From assembly GCA_044222475.1 (NCBI GenBank), contig JBGANF010000013.1:1-64000 (forward strand): a stretch of 64,000 nucleotides of DNA, read 5' to 3'. The translations under genes were made by a program, and so were the position numbers. Within the stretch, counting starts at the first letter, position 1, and every line of letters starts with the position of its first letter. Under the pieces are notes generated by a model, which did not search any database, was not told the DNA's origin, and saw only the letters and a list, made by a program, of their open reading frames with translations. Positions 1-9,417 of the stretch are shown in pieces. Origin of the DNA: Polyangiaceae bacterium. Lineage in GTDB: Bacteria > Myxococcota_A > Polyangia > Polyangiales > Polyangiaceae.

Positions 1-1743
1 TACCTGCCGGAGTCGGGGACGAAGATCCCGATGCCCGGACGCCCCGCGCAGCTCGTCGCGAACGGCGATCGTCTGTACGTCACCGTCCGCGATGCACGGG
101 AGGGAGGGCTGCTCGTCGAGCTGCGACCGACCGACGCGTCGCTCGTCGAGGTGCGCCGGGTGGTCCTCGCCTACGACGCGTGGGGCATCGCCCTTTCGTC
201 CGATGGCGCGACCGCGGTCGTGACGTCGGCGTGGTCGCACCGCGTCGCTGGCGTCGACCTCGGTGCGATGAAGACGAAGTGGTCGGTCGACGTCGGCCGA
301 GAACCGCGCGGCGTCGTGATCCGAGACGACGGCACGGCGTGGGTCAGCCACCTCGTGACCGCGGCGCTGGATCGCATCGACGGCGCGACGAGCGACGCGC
401 CGGTGGTGAAGCGCGTCGACCTTCCGCCGGCGCCGCTGCGCTCGAAGGACGACGCCGAGGGCTCGCTCGGATGGTCGCTCGCGCTCTCCGACGACGGAGC
501 CCGGCTCTTCGCGCCTCGTCACGCACTCGGGGCCTTCGGCCGCGACGCGTGGTTCGGGGTCGCCACCGTCGACGTGATGCTCACGAAGAACGACGCTCCG
601 CTGGTTCCTCGTACGCGCCAGGTCGTGCTTCACAAGACCTGGAACGCCAGGGAGGACGACCGGCTGGGTGGCGGCCGAGGCACGATCGCCATCGGTGAGC
701 TCGCGCCGTTCACTCAGCCGCGCGCCGTACTGTACCAAAAGGGTACCGAGTCGCTGTTCGTTCTCGGCGAAGGGGACGCTCGGGTGGCGGTGCTCGACGC
801 CGAGGCGCTCGATCCGTCGCTCGTCGTGCGCCATCGGATCGAGCTCGGTGACGGCTGCTCCGGTCCCACCGGGATGGCCTTCGGTCGGGACGAGCTCGTC
901 GTTCACTGCGCCGCGTCGTTCACCTGGGTGCGCGTGCCGCTCGCGCCCGAGATCGGTAAGCCGGCGCTGCGGACGTATGCGAGCGACCCGCTGCCCGAGG
1001 CCGCCGCCGCCGGTCGTCGTTTCTTCGTCGACGCCAAGAACGGGCTGATCAGCGGTGGTCTCGGCTGTGCGGGGTGTCACCCCGAGGGTCGGGACGACGG
1101 TCACGTGTGGCACGAGATCGACACGTCGCGCTCCGGGATCGAGACGCCGTTCGACGTCGTGAAGACCGTGTTCGTGTCCGGCGTCCACGTCGCCGAGACG
1201 GATGGTCTCGCGCGGCAGACGCCGATGCTCGCCGGTCGCGTCGCCAGCCCCGGGCCCTACGGGTGGAAGGCGCAAGCCGCGACGCTCGAAGCGCGGGTCA
1301 AGGAGGGCACCGAGCTCCACCGGTGGCGCCAAGGGCCGTTCGACGACGACGAGTCGGCGCGCATCGTGAAGAGCCTCGCGCTCTACCTTCGAACGGGGCT
1401 CGTCGCGCCGGTCGATGGTCGACCGATGACCGACGAAGAGAAGCTCGGCAAGACCATCTTCGAGCGCAGCGACGTCGGTTGCGCCGGTTGCCACGGCGAC
1501 GGCGGCGATGGCGCGACGCACTACTTCTCTCGGTGGCACACGCGCGCGGGCTTCGAAGACGAGCTGACCGGATTCCGGACGCCGAACCTCCGCTTCGTGT
1601 CCCACACGGCGCCCTACTTCCACGACGGAAGCGCTCGGACGCTCGCCGACTTGATCGACGACAACGACGACCGCATGGGGAAGACGACGCAACTCGACGA
1701 GCGCGAACGACTCGCGCTCATTGCCTACCTGAGGACGCTATGA
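1..1743 (+). CDS. Beta-propeller (YncE-like) + di-heme cytochrome c peroxidase/MauG-like protein, 5'-truncated by the window edge
   Basis: Frame open from base 1. Propeller-like repeats, two CAGCH heme motifs, and FRTPNLRFVSHTAPYFHDGS typical of the CCP/MauG C-terminal domain. Confidence 0.75.
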   Translation, partial: YLPESGTKIPMPGRPAQLVANGDRLYVTVRDAREGGLLVELRPTDASLVEVRRVVLAYDAWGIALSSDGATAVVTSAWSHRVAGVDLGAMKTKWSVDVGREPRGVVIRDDGTAWVSHLVTAALDRIDGATSDAPVVKRVDLPPAPLRSKDDAEGSLGWSLALSDDGARLFAPRHALGAFGRDAWFGVATVDVMLTKNDAPLVPRTRQVVLHKTWNAREDDRLGGGRGTIAIGELAPFTQPRAVLYQKGTESLFVLGEGDARVAVLDAEALDPSLVVRHRIELGDGCSGPTGMAFGRDELVVHCAASFTWVRVPLAPEIGKPALRTYASDPLPEAAAAGRRFFVDAKNGLISGGLGCAGCHPEGRDDGHVWHEIDTSRSGIETPFDVVKTVFVSGVHVAETDGLARQTPMLAGRVASPGPYGWKAQAATLEARVKEGTELHRWRQGPFDDDESARIVKSLALYLRTGLVAPVDGRPMTDEEKLGKTIFERSDVGCAGCHGDGGDGATHYFSRWHTRAGFEDELTGFRTPNLRFVSHTAPYFHDGSARTLADLIDDNDDRMGKTTQLDERERLALIAYLRTL

Positions 1744-2354
1744 GCTCGATGTGGATCCGACGTTCGGCCGGTGCGTTTGCCGTCATGGTTCTCGGTGCTC
1801 TCGTCGTGGGACGGCGCCCCGAGAAGGTCGCCCCGCCGCCGACGCCGGTGGCGGCCGTGGCACCGCCACCAGCGGTGACGGTCGAGCCGGCTGCGTCCGC
1901 CGCCGCTCCGCTCCAAGATACCGAGTTGGGACGACTGCGCGTCGCCGTTCCGGCGGCGAGCCCGCTCGCCAAAGCGCCTACCAAGGAGGACTGGGAGGCC
2001 CACGGCGCGCCGCTCCCGCTCCCGCGAGCTTCGCGCTGCCTCGCGGCGGTGCTCGGCTCGTGGCTGCGCCTCGAGTGCGAGTCTCGGAAAGGCGCGGGGC
2101 ACAGCGTCGCCGCGCTCTCGGGGAGCCAGACCGACGTCTCGGTGCGCGCGCGCGAGCACGGCATCACCGAGGTCGTGTTTCCACTGCGCCGCGGCGACCG
2201 GCGGTTCTTTCAGCTCGACGAGGTCAAGGTGTCGGAGGACTTCCGAGGCTATGCGGGCGAAGGCACGGAGACGGAGGTCGTCCCGGGGGTGAACGTGTCG
2301 GTCGTGTGGCTCGAAGACGAAGCGGCGCCGCGCGTGGTGATCGCGGACGCCTAG
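1740..2354 (+). CDS. Hypothetical membrane-anchored/secreted protein
   Basis: ATG at 1740 overlaps the upstream stop (ATGA). N-terminal hydrophobic segment, then a Pro/Ala linker. Confidence 0.65.
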   Translation: MSSMWIRRSAGAFAVMVLGALVVGRRPEKVAPPPTPVAAVAPPPAVTVEPAASAAAPLQDTELGRLRVAVPAASPLAKAPTKEDWEAHGAPLPLPRASRCLAAVLGSWLRLECESRKGAGHSVAALSGSQTDVSVRAREHGITEVVFPLRRGDRRFFQLDEVKVSEDFRGYAGEGTETEVVPGVNVSVVWLEDEAAPRVVIADA

Positions 2355-2364
2355 CGGCGCGACG

Positions 2365-2844
2365 TCATGGAGGGTACGGCGAGCTCGAGAAGTCGCCGAA
2401 CTGGGAGCGCACGATCGCGAGGTAGCCGAGGAAGTGCGCGCGCTTCTTGGGAACGGCGGTGGCGAAGTCGTGGAACATCAGGTTGGCGTTCACGATCGGC
2501 GTGAACAGGCCTTCGCCGAGCACCGCGCGCACCTGCGAGAACGTTCGCTGTCCGAGCTCGGTGACGGTGACGACGATCTTTCGGCGGTCGTCCTCGGCGC
2601 GTCGTCGCTCGATGAAGCCGCGTCGCTCCATGCGGCGCATCATGACGCTCATCGTGCGACGAGCGACGCCGAGTTGGGCGCGGATGTCCGACTGATAGAC
2701 GACGCCGTGGTAGGCGGCGGCTCGGGCGTGGATGACGAACACGTCGACGCGCGAGTGCGTGAAGTGCCATCGCCGAAGTACCTTGGCGGCGTGGGCGGCA
2801 TAACGGACGCCCGCGCGCCGAACATTGAACAAGACGCGGTCCAT
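2365..2844 (-). CDS. MarR-family winged-helix regulator (paralogue 1)
   Basis: wHTH signature QSDIRAQLGVARRTMSVMMRRMERRGFIERRRAEDDRRKIVVTVTELG. Confidence 0.85.
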   Translation of the reverse strand: MDRVLFNVRRAGVRYAAHAAKVLRRWHFTHSRVDVFVIHARAAAYHGVVYQSDIRAQLGVARRTMSVMMRRMERRGFIERRRAEDDRRKIVVTVTELGQRTFSQVRAVLGEGLFTPIVNANLMFHDFATAVPKKRAHFLGYLAIVRSQFGDFSSSPYPP

Positions 2845-2856
2845 GCCGCGAGAGGG

Positions 2857-2872
2857 AGCAAGAACGAAGCCA
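2857..2872 (-). promoter_or_regulatory. Putative sigma54 (-24/-12) promoter of MarR paralogue 1
   Basis: Minus strand TGGCTTCGTTCTTGCT fits GG-N10-GC and lies 14 nt from the ATG. Confidence 0.55.
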
Positions 2873-2901
2873 GCGCCCCCCGCCCCCCGTGCCCTCGAAT
2901 T

Positions 2902-2983
2902 TGGGAGCCGGCTCCCATATTTAGCCGGAGGGGGGAGACGGGGTCAGGTGGCGCGCGCCAGTTTTTGGGTGGCGCGCGCCAGT
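2902..2983. repeat. 16-bp palindrome TGGGAGCCGGCTCCCA plus a direct repeat of GGTGGCGCGCGCCAGT (2 copies, 21-bp period)
   Basis: Palindrome at 2902-2917; repeats at 2947-2962 and 2968-2983, each with a TGGCGCGCGCCA palindromic core. Confidence 0.85.
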
Positions 2984-2987
2984 GCGA

Positions 2988-3437
2988 CTAGGTGTTGCCC
3001 GCCGGCGGGACGCTCTTGCCGTTGTCGTCCTCGCGCTCCTTGTCCTTGCCGCCCTTCTTCTTGCCGCCCGCTGCTTCCTTCGACGGCGCATCGCCCACGT
3101 CGAGCGCGACCTCGCCGAAGATCACCTGGAGGCGATTGCCCTCCGTGGCCGGGGCGAGCTTCACTTCGAGGGTCTTCGCACGAATGACGGTGTTGTCCTT
3201 CACCGTCCCCGAGAGGTTGACCGCCTCGGCGTCGAACTCGCCGGCGATCTCGCCCTGCGAGATCAACCGATCGACCTTCACCTTCCCGCTGACCGAGCCG
3301 GTCGGGCTCACGTCCAGAGACGGCGCGGCGAGATCGCCGTCGACTCGCCCGCGGACTTCCACCGGGCACTTGGAGGTGAGCGAACCTTTGAACTCCGTGC
3401 CTTCTTCGACGAGGGTCTTCTTCGTACCGTCGCTCAT
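2988..3437 (-). CDS. Bactofilin (polymer-forming cytoskeletal protein)
   Basis: TLVEEGTEFKGSLTSKCPVEVRGRVDGDL...GSVSGKV...GEIAGEF beta-helix pattern; charged C-terminal tail. Confidence 0.85.
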   Translation of the reverse strand: MSDGTKKTLVEEGTEFKGSLTSKCPVEVRGRVDGDLAAPSLDVSPTGSVSGKVKVDRLISQGEIAGEFDAEAVNLSGTVKDNTVIRAKTLEVKLAPATEGNRLQVIFGEVALDVGDAPSKEAAGGKKKGGKDKEREDDNGKSVPPAGNT

Positions 3438-4684
3438 CACTGCCTCCCGTTCTTTCCGTTCTTGCGCGTGATCTTCATTCGAAGCCGGCTACCGGGCTCG
3501 AATGCAAACTGCGTCGGATCCTCGGCCTGCATGACCGATCCGACCATGACTCCACCACTGGTCACCACGAGCCGCTTGGGCCCCTGTATTCCCGGCGCTT
3601 CGCCTTCGAAGAACTGACCGTGAATCGTGATGATCCCGCCGCCTTTGATGTTGCAGCCGGCGAGCACGCCCTCCGAGCCCACGATGAGCTCGGTGCCCTC
3701 GCCGAGTGTGATGCTGCACTGCTCGAAGCGGCTCTCGATCTCGACGCTAGCTCCGCCGTCGAACTCGAGCGCCGCAAAGCGCAGCACGTCGCCGGCGCCG
3801 AAATAGCGCGTCGCCTTCGGCCGCTGTCCGCCGGGCGGCTCCTTCCCGGTCAGCGCGGCGAGCGCAGCGTCGCCCTGGACACGCTTCGTCGCGCTGTCGC
3901 TCTCGGCGGTGTCGAGCCAGTCGAACGTCACGCCGGTGAAGTCGACGTTCTTCGCCGCCATCCCCGCGATTCGCGCGCCGGTGAGCGTCGATGCGCCGAC
4001 CTTCGCCCCCTCCATGTTGGCTTTTCGCAGATCGGAGTTGCTCAAGTTGGCGCGGAGCAACGTCGCGCCAGTGAGGTCCGCCTTGTTGAGCTTCGCGCGG
4101 GTGAAGTTCGCCGCGACCGCGCCGACGTTGGTGAGCGTCGCGTCCTCGAAGTTCGCCTCGGTGAGGTCCGCCTCTTCGAGGTTGGCGTCTTCCAGGTTCG
4201 CCGCCGAGAAGTCGGCCTTGGTCGCCTTCGCACCACCGAGGTACGCCTCGACGAGATCGCAGCGTGACAGCTCCGCACCGCTCAGGTCGGCGCCGCCCAG
4301 GTTCGCCGAGTCGAGCACCGCCTTCGGAAGCTTCGCCCCGCGGAGGTTCGCCCCGGTGAGGTCGGCGCCTTCGAGGTTCGCTCGCCCCAAGTTGGCTCCC
4401 GCGAGGTTCGCCTTCGTGAGGTTGGCCCCTTCGAAGTCCGCGCTCTCGAGGTTCGCTTCGCGCAGATCCGCGCCGGCGAGGTAGCCCTCCTTCAAGCTCG
4501 CGTTCTTGAGGTTCGCCTTCCACAAGTTCGCGCCTTCGAGGTTGGCCCCTTCGAAGTCGACGCGGCGCAGGCTCGCGCCGGCGAGCTTCGCGCCCTGGAG
4601 CTCGAGGCCGCGGAGATCGGCGCGCTCGAGCTTCTCGCCCGCTGCGACCTTCGCTTCGACCTGTTCTCTCGTGAAGTCTGCCAT
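3437..4684 (-). CDS. Pentapeptide-repeat protein with a C-terminal bactofilin-like domain
   Basis: About 230 aa of A(D/N)Lxx repeats, then a domain with bactofilin-like periodicity (ELIVGSEGVLAGCNIKGGGIITIHG...RLVVTSGGVMVGSV...FAFEPGSRLRMKI). Confidence 0.8.
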   Translation of the reverse strand: MADFTREQVEAKVAAGEKLERADLRGLELQGAKLAGASLRRVDFEGANLEGANLWKANLKNASLKEGYLAGADLREANLESADFEGANLTKANLAGANLGRANLEGADLTGANLRGAKLPKAVLDSANLGGADLSGAELSRCDLVEAYLGGAKATKADFSAANLEDANLEEADLTEANFEDATLTNVGAVAANFTRAKLNKADLTGATLLRANLSNSDLRKANMEGAKVGASTLTGARIAGMAAKNVDFTGVTFDWLDTAESDSATKRVQGDAALAALTGKEPPGGQRPKATRYFGAGDVLRFAALEFDGGASVEIESRFEQCSITLGEGTELIVGSEGVLAGCNIKGGGIITIHGQFFEGEAPGIQGPKRLVVTSGGVMVGSVMQAEDPTQFAFEPGSRLRMKITRKNGKNGRQ

Positions 4685-4719
4685 CTCTTCCTTCGCTCCC
4701 CGCGTTCAACGTTTTCCGG

Positions 4720-6006
4720 CTACCGGTTCTTCGCCTCGTCGAGATACTTCGTGAGCTCGTTCACTTTTTGACCGAACGGGAGCTTGTCGAGCTTCGCCAG
4801 CCGCTCGACCTCACCGAGTCGCGCCATCAGCACCTTGATCTCGAGGAACGTCGCCTCGCGCGCCTTGCGCATTTCGCGCTTGCGCCCCGAGTCGTCGTCA
4901 CGCTCCGCGCGCTCGAACGAGACCTGCTGCTCGCCCAGCGCCTTCGCGAGCTCCTCGAGGCGCTTGTGCTCCGAGCTGCGACCTTCGTCCGGGACCGCGC
5001 TCTGGATGTCCTTCTTGTAGCGGCGGAAGCGCTCGGAGATGCGCTCGGCGACGGTCGGATCGATCCCGGTCGTCTGGGCGATCTCTTCCGGCTTCGCCAG
5101 GTAGAGCGCGTCGAGCGTCGTGAGCCCCGCGGCGTAGAGCTTGTCGATCGTGACCTTCCGCACGCCTTCGATCTGGAGGAGGAGCGACTGGACGATGATG
5201 CCCTCGCGGCGACTCTTCACCGCGTCGAGCCCGAACGCCTGCGGCATCGCCGCGATCAGCGGAGCGTACGTCGCGAGGAGGCGCTCACGCGCGGCGCCGT
5301 CGACCGAGAACGCGCTCTCGGCAGCGGCGTTCTTCAGCGCCTCGAGGTACGCGTCGAGCGCGCTTCCGAGCTCGCCGAGCTCGAGCTGCGTCGCCATGCG
5401 CTTCACGCCGTCGACCGCCGGAACGCAGAGCGCGAGCCACTCGCTCGTCGCCGCGCCAGCCTTCACGTCGATCATGAAATCGCGCACGTGCCTCACGTGG
5501 GCCGCCGCGAGCTGCATGAAGAGCTCGCGCGCGCTCGACATCCCGCCGGAGTCGGCCTTGCGTACCGGCGCCGTCGGCCCACCGGCTTGTGGCAGACCCG
5601 CGTTGGGATCCTTGAGGGTCCGCGGCGGACCGTCGCCGAGCACCGCATCGAACCCGGCGTCGACGTCGTCGAGGAGCGCTTCGACGCTGTCCCACAGGCT
5701 CTCGGAGGGAGGCCCGCTGTTCGCGTCCATCATCCCCGGCGCCTTCGGGCGCGCGGCGGGCATCTGCGCGGTCGTCCGCTGCGGAGGCGGAGCCGACGGA
5801 AATACCGACGGCGGTCGCGGCGGCGGCGGCACCACCGACGGCGGCTTCGACGGAGAGGCACCCACGTCGATGCTGCGCGACACGACGACCGTCGGCGCAG
5901 GCGCGATCGGCTGGTTCGGCACCGTGGGTCGCTTGGGCGGTGCGCCCGGTGGTGAGCCCGGCGGCGTCCCGCCGTCGCCGTCCTTTCGACCGGGTATCGA
6001 GCTCAT
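4720..6006 (-). CDS. Pro-rich N-terminus + helix-hairpin-helix domain protein
   Basis: HhH-like LLQIEGVRKVTIDKLYAAGLTTL...IAQTTGIDPTVAERI; coiled-coil C-terminus. Confidence 0.7.
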   Translation of the reverse strand: MSSIPGRKDGDGGTPPGSPPGAPPKRPTVPNQPIAPAPTVVVSRSIDVGASPSKPPSVVPPPPRPPSVFPSAPPPQRTTAQMPAARPKAPGMMDANSGPPSESLWDSVEALLDDVDAGFDAVLGDGPPRTLKDPNAGLPQAGGPTAPVRKADSGGMSSARELFMQLAAAHVRHVRDFMIDVKAGAATSEWLALCVPAVDGVKRMATQLELGELGSALDAYLEALKNAAAESAFSVDGAARERLLATYAPLIAAMPQAFGLDAVKSRREGIIVQSLLLQIEGVRKVTIDKLYAAGLTTLDALYLAKPEEIAQTTGIDPTVAERISERFRRYKKDIQSAVPDEGRSSEHKRLEELAKALGEQQVSFERAERDDDSGRKREMRKAREATFLEIKVLMARLGEVERLAKLDKLPFGQKVNELTKYLDEAKNR

Positions 6007-6168
6007 CGTCGACCAAGGATAGCGACTTCAGGCACCCAGAACGCAAGGCAGAACGCGATCTTGCGCTCGTTTCCCTCCTAGCCGACCGCACATGCGCGCA
6101 CAGCTGATCCGCCGCGCAGGTCGAACCAAATCTCCGCCCATTTCCATGGTAGGTCTCCCGCCACCACC

Positions 6169-7704
6169 ATGTCTGGCCCGGACAAGAAGCTCGAAGAGAC
6201 CCTCGCGCGCGTCGAAAAAGGCGGCGCCCCCAAGTACCACCAGAAGAACGCCGAGACCGGCAAGCTCTTCGCTCGCGACCGGATCGCGAAGCTCGTCGAT
6301 CCCGGAAGCTTCCGCGAAGACGCCGCGCTCGCGAACAACCTCGAGCCCGATCTCGCGGCCGACGGCGTGGTCACCGGCACCGCCACCATCGACGGTCGCC
6401 TCGTCGCGATCATGGCGAACGACTCGACGATCAAGGCAGGCTCGTGGGGCCGTCGCACCGTCGAGAAGATCCTCCGCATCCAGGAGACCGCGCAGGATCT
6501 CCGCGTGCCGATGCTGTACCTCGTCGACTCGGCCGGCGCGCGCATCACCGATCAGATCGAGATGTTCCCCGGTCGCCGAGGCGCTGGCCGCATCTTCTAC
6601 AACCAGGTGCAGCTCTCCGGCCAAGTGCCGCAGGTCTGTCTGCTCTTCGGGCCGAGCGCCGCAGGCGGCGCGTACATCCCCGCGTTCTGCGACGTCGTCG
6701 TCATGGTCGAAGGCAACGCGAGCATGTACCTCGGCTCGCCGCGCATGGCCGAGATGGTCATCGGCGAGAAGGTGACGCTCGAAGAGATGGGCGGCGCGAA
6801 GATGCACTGCTCCGTCTCGGGTTGCGGCGACGTGCTCGTCAAGACCGAGGAAGAAGCGATCGCGTGGTGCCAGCGCTACCTCGGGTACCTCCCGTCGAAC
6901 GAGAGCCTCCCGCCGCCGAGGGTCGCGCCGAAGGCCCCGCTCGCGAGCGGAAAGACGCTCGAGGAGATCATCCCCAAGGACGAGAACAAGTCCTTCGACA
7001 TGATGTCGGTCATCAACGAGATCGTCGACGAGGGTTCCTGGATCGAGATCAAGAAGCTCTTCGCGCGCGAGATCCTCACCGGGTTCGCTCGCATCGACGG
7101 CCGCGTCGTCGGCATCGTGGCCAACCAGCCCAAGTGGCTCGGCGGCGTGCTCTTCGTCGACTCGGCCGACAAGGCAGCGCGCTTCATCTGGCTGTGCGAC
7201 GCGTTCAACGTGCCGCTCCTCTACCTCGCCGACGTCCCGGGCTTCATGATCGGGACCAAGGTCGAGAAGCAGGGCATCATCCGCGCGGGCGCGAAGATGA
7301 TCGCCGCCGTCAGCGAAGCGACCGTGCCCAAGGTGTGCGTCGTCGTTCGCAAGGCGTACGGCGCCGGCCTCTACGCGATGTGCGGCCCCGCGTTCGAGCC
7401 CGACGCGACGATCGCCCTCGCGAGCGCGAGCATCGCGGTCATGGGACCCCAAGCCGCGGTGAACGCGGTCTACTTCAACAAGATCCAGGAAGTGCCCGCC
7501 GGCCCCGAGCGCGACGCGTACGTCGCGAAGCTCCGCGAGGAGTACAAGGCCGACATCGACATCATGAAGCTCGCGAGCGAGCTCGTGATCGACGGCGTGA
7601 TCCCCGGCGATCGCCTGCGCGGCGAGCTCGTCGATCGGTTCGCGCGGTACTCGGTCAAGGAAGAACGCCGCCCGCGGCGGAAGCACCTCGTCCCGCCGGT
7701 GTGA
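6169..7704 (+). CDS. Acyl-CoA carboxylase carboxyltransferase (beta) subunit
   Basis: DSAGARI, GPSAAGGAY, EEMGGAKMH, DVPGFMIG and RKAYGAG motifs. Confidence 0.92.
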   Translation: MSGPDKKLEETLARVEKGGAPKYHQKNAETGKLFARDRIAKLVDPGSFREDAALANNLEPDLAADGVVTGTATIDGRLVAIMANDSTIKAGSWGRRTVEKILRIQETAQDLRVPMLYLVDSAGARITDQIEMFPGRRGAGRIFYNQVQLSGQVPQVCLLFGPSAAGGAYIPAFCDVVVMVEGNASMYLGSPRMAEMVIGEKVTLEEMGGAKMHCSVSGCGDVLVKTEEEAIAWCQRYLGYLPSNESLPPPRVAPKAPLASGKTLEEIIPKDENKSFDMMSVINEIVDEGSWIEIKKLFAREILTGFARIDGRVVGIVANQPKWLGGVLFVDSADKAARFIWLCDAFNVPLLYLADVPGFMIGTKVEKQGIIRAGAKMIAAVSEATVPKVCVVVRKAYGAGLYAMCGPAFEPDATIALASASIAVMGPQAAVNAVYFNKIQEVPAGPERDAYVAKLREEYKADIDIMKLASELVIDGVIPGDRLRGELVDRFARYSVKEERRPRRKHLVPPV

Positions 7705-8402
7705 TGGCCACGCCCATCTTGCGCGTGGTCCGCAGTCGGGGCGAGCGCTTCGACGGGCGGTTCTTCGAGAAGAGCGGGCATCATTTTCCGATCGCGCCGG
7801 CGGCGGCGGTCTTCGCCGATCGCGCCGATTGGCCGGCGCCGGAGGAGTACGGGCTCGCTGCGCGCGGAGCGGCGCTGCCGGTGCGCTTCGAGACCGTCGT
7901 GCCGCGGAAGCGCCGCCGCAGGGAGAAGCCGCCCGTCGACCCAGAGTCGATGTATGATGCAAGCATCGTCCGCGGCGTCGTCCCGACGCGCGCCCGCTGC
8001 TGGCACGACTACCTCAACGCCCTCGTGTGGGTGACGTTCCCGCGCGCGAAGGCCGCGCTCCACGCTCGGCAGTACGCGATGATTCGGGCGTGGGCGACTC
8101 CCGGAGCGCCGTCGCTCCCGAACGCGCGCACCCGCGAGCAGGATGCCGTCGCGCTGATCGACGAAGGCGGGGTCGTCGTCCTCTCCGCCGCCGGCCGCGA
8201 GGTCGCGATCCCGTTCGGCCACGCGCTGTTCGAGGGCCTCGTGTACGAGACTCCGTCGATGATCGCGCGCGCCGTGCCCATCGCCGTCGACTCGATCCCC
8301 GACGACATCGGCGCGAGGATCGCCCTCGCCGACGAAGCGCTCGCGCGCCGTCTCGCCGAGCCGCTGCTCCCTGAGATGCTCCCGCGGTACTCGCTCGGAT
8401 GA
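7704..8402 (+). CDS. DUF3025-like protein
   Basis: ATG overlaps the upstream stop. VPTRxxxWHDYLNALVWxxFPRAKAAL, DEGGVVV and FGHALFE motifs. Confidence 0.75.
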   Translation: MATPILRVVRSRGERFDGRFFEKSGHHFPIAPAAAVFADRADWPAPEEYGLAARGAALPVRFETVVPRKRRRREKPPVDPESMYDASIVRGVVPTRARCWHDYLNALVWVTFPRAKAALHARQYAMIRAWATPGAPSLPNARTREQDAVALIDEGGVVVLSAAGREVAIPFGHALFEGLVYETPSMIARAVPIAVDSIPDDIGARIALADEALARRLAEPLLPEMLPRYSLG

Positions 8403-9154
8403 TCGACGTCGCCACCTACCGCGTCCTCGCGTGGATCATGATCGGTCTCGCGGTCGTGACCTTCGTCGCGCTGCGCTTCGTCGTGGCGCCCTACGGGCGT
8501 CACGCGCGCGCGGGGTGGGGGCCGACGATCCCGGATCGCATTGGGTGGCTCGTGATGGAGAGCCCTTCGTCGATCGGCTTCGCGTGGGTCGTGTACTCGG
8601 GCGGTCACTGGACGGAGCCGGCGCGGCTCGCGCTCGCCGGGCTGTGGCTCGTCCACTACGTGCACCGCACGTTCATCTACCCGCTCCGCCTGAAGAGCCA
8701 CGGCAAGCGCATGCCGGTCGTGATCGCGCTGATGGCGGTCGCGTTCAACCTGCTCAACGTCTCGATCAACGCGACGTGGGTCGGGCGACTCGGCGAGTAC
8801 ACGGACGCGTGGCTCGTCGACCCGAGGTTCGTCGCCGGAACGGCGCTCTTCGCGGTCGGCTTCGTCGTCAACTACGACGCCGATCGCCGGCTCTTCGCGC
8901 TGCGACGCGACGGCGCTGGCTACGCCATCCCGCGCGGCGGTCTCTACCGCTGGATCACGTGCCCGAACTACTTCGGCGAGCTGCTCGAGTGGATCGGCTG
9001 GGCGCTCGCGAGCTGGTCGCTCGGCGGCGTCGCGTTCGCCGCCTACACGGCCGCGAACCTGGTGCCGCGCGCCATCGCGAACCATGCATGGTACAAGGAA
9101 AAATTCTCGGACTACCCGGCGGAGCGCAAAGTGATCGTGCCGGGGGTGTATTGA
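8399..9154 (+). CDS. Steroid 5-alpha-reductase-like (3-oxo-5-alpha-steroid 4-dehydrogenase) membrane protein
   Basis: APYGRH, WLVMESP, HYVHR, YAIPRGGLY and CPNYFGELLEW motifs. Confidence 0.9.
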   Translation: MIDVATYRVLAWIMIGLAVVTFVALRFVVAPYGRHARAGWGPTIPDRIGWLVMESPSSIGFAWVVYSGGHWTEPARLALAGLWLVHYVHRTFIYPLRLKSHGKRMPVVIALMAVAFNLLNVSINATWVGRLGEYTDAWLVDPRFVAGTALFAVGFVVNYDADRRLFALRRDGAGYAIPRGGLYRWITCPNYFGELLEWIGWALASWSLGGVAFAAYTAANLVPRAIANHAWYKEKFSDYPAERKVIVPGVY

Positions 9155-9184
9155 GGCTGGGCGGACCGGAAGGTCCCGGAAGAA

Positions 9185-9336
9185 GCGTAGTCGCAGGTTG
9201 CCGTGTCCTTTGCCGGTTTGGCAGCTCGTGCGCTCGGGAGGGCCCGGGAGGAGGGGGAGCGGACTACCTCCCACGCTGATCGGACGCAGCTTCCCGTGGA
9301 TTCCTCTGCTCCCACTCCCGAGCGACAACGCTACGC
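9185..9336. ncRNA. Candidate structured non-coding element (nested long stem-loop)
   Basis: Nested pairs 9185-9190/9331-9336, 9231-9240/9315-9324, 9255-9263/9305-9313 and 9271-9275/9295-9299 in a ~260-bp intergenic gap. Confidence 0.4.
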
Positions 9337-9417
9337 GGGCAGGAGGGCACGTGCATGGATGGGCTTTCGTTTTGGCCGCAGCCTGCTACGGACTTCGGCG
9401 CATCGATCACGGTTACG

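Noticed and set aside
9165..9192. SRP RNA (ffs) from AGGTCCCGGAAGAAGC
   Set aside because: The bases flanking GGAA do not pair as in helix 8, and the AGCAG motif and long closing helix are missing.
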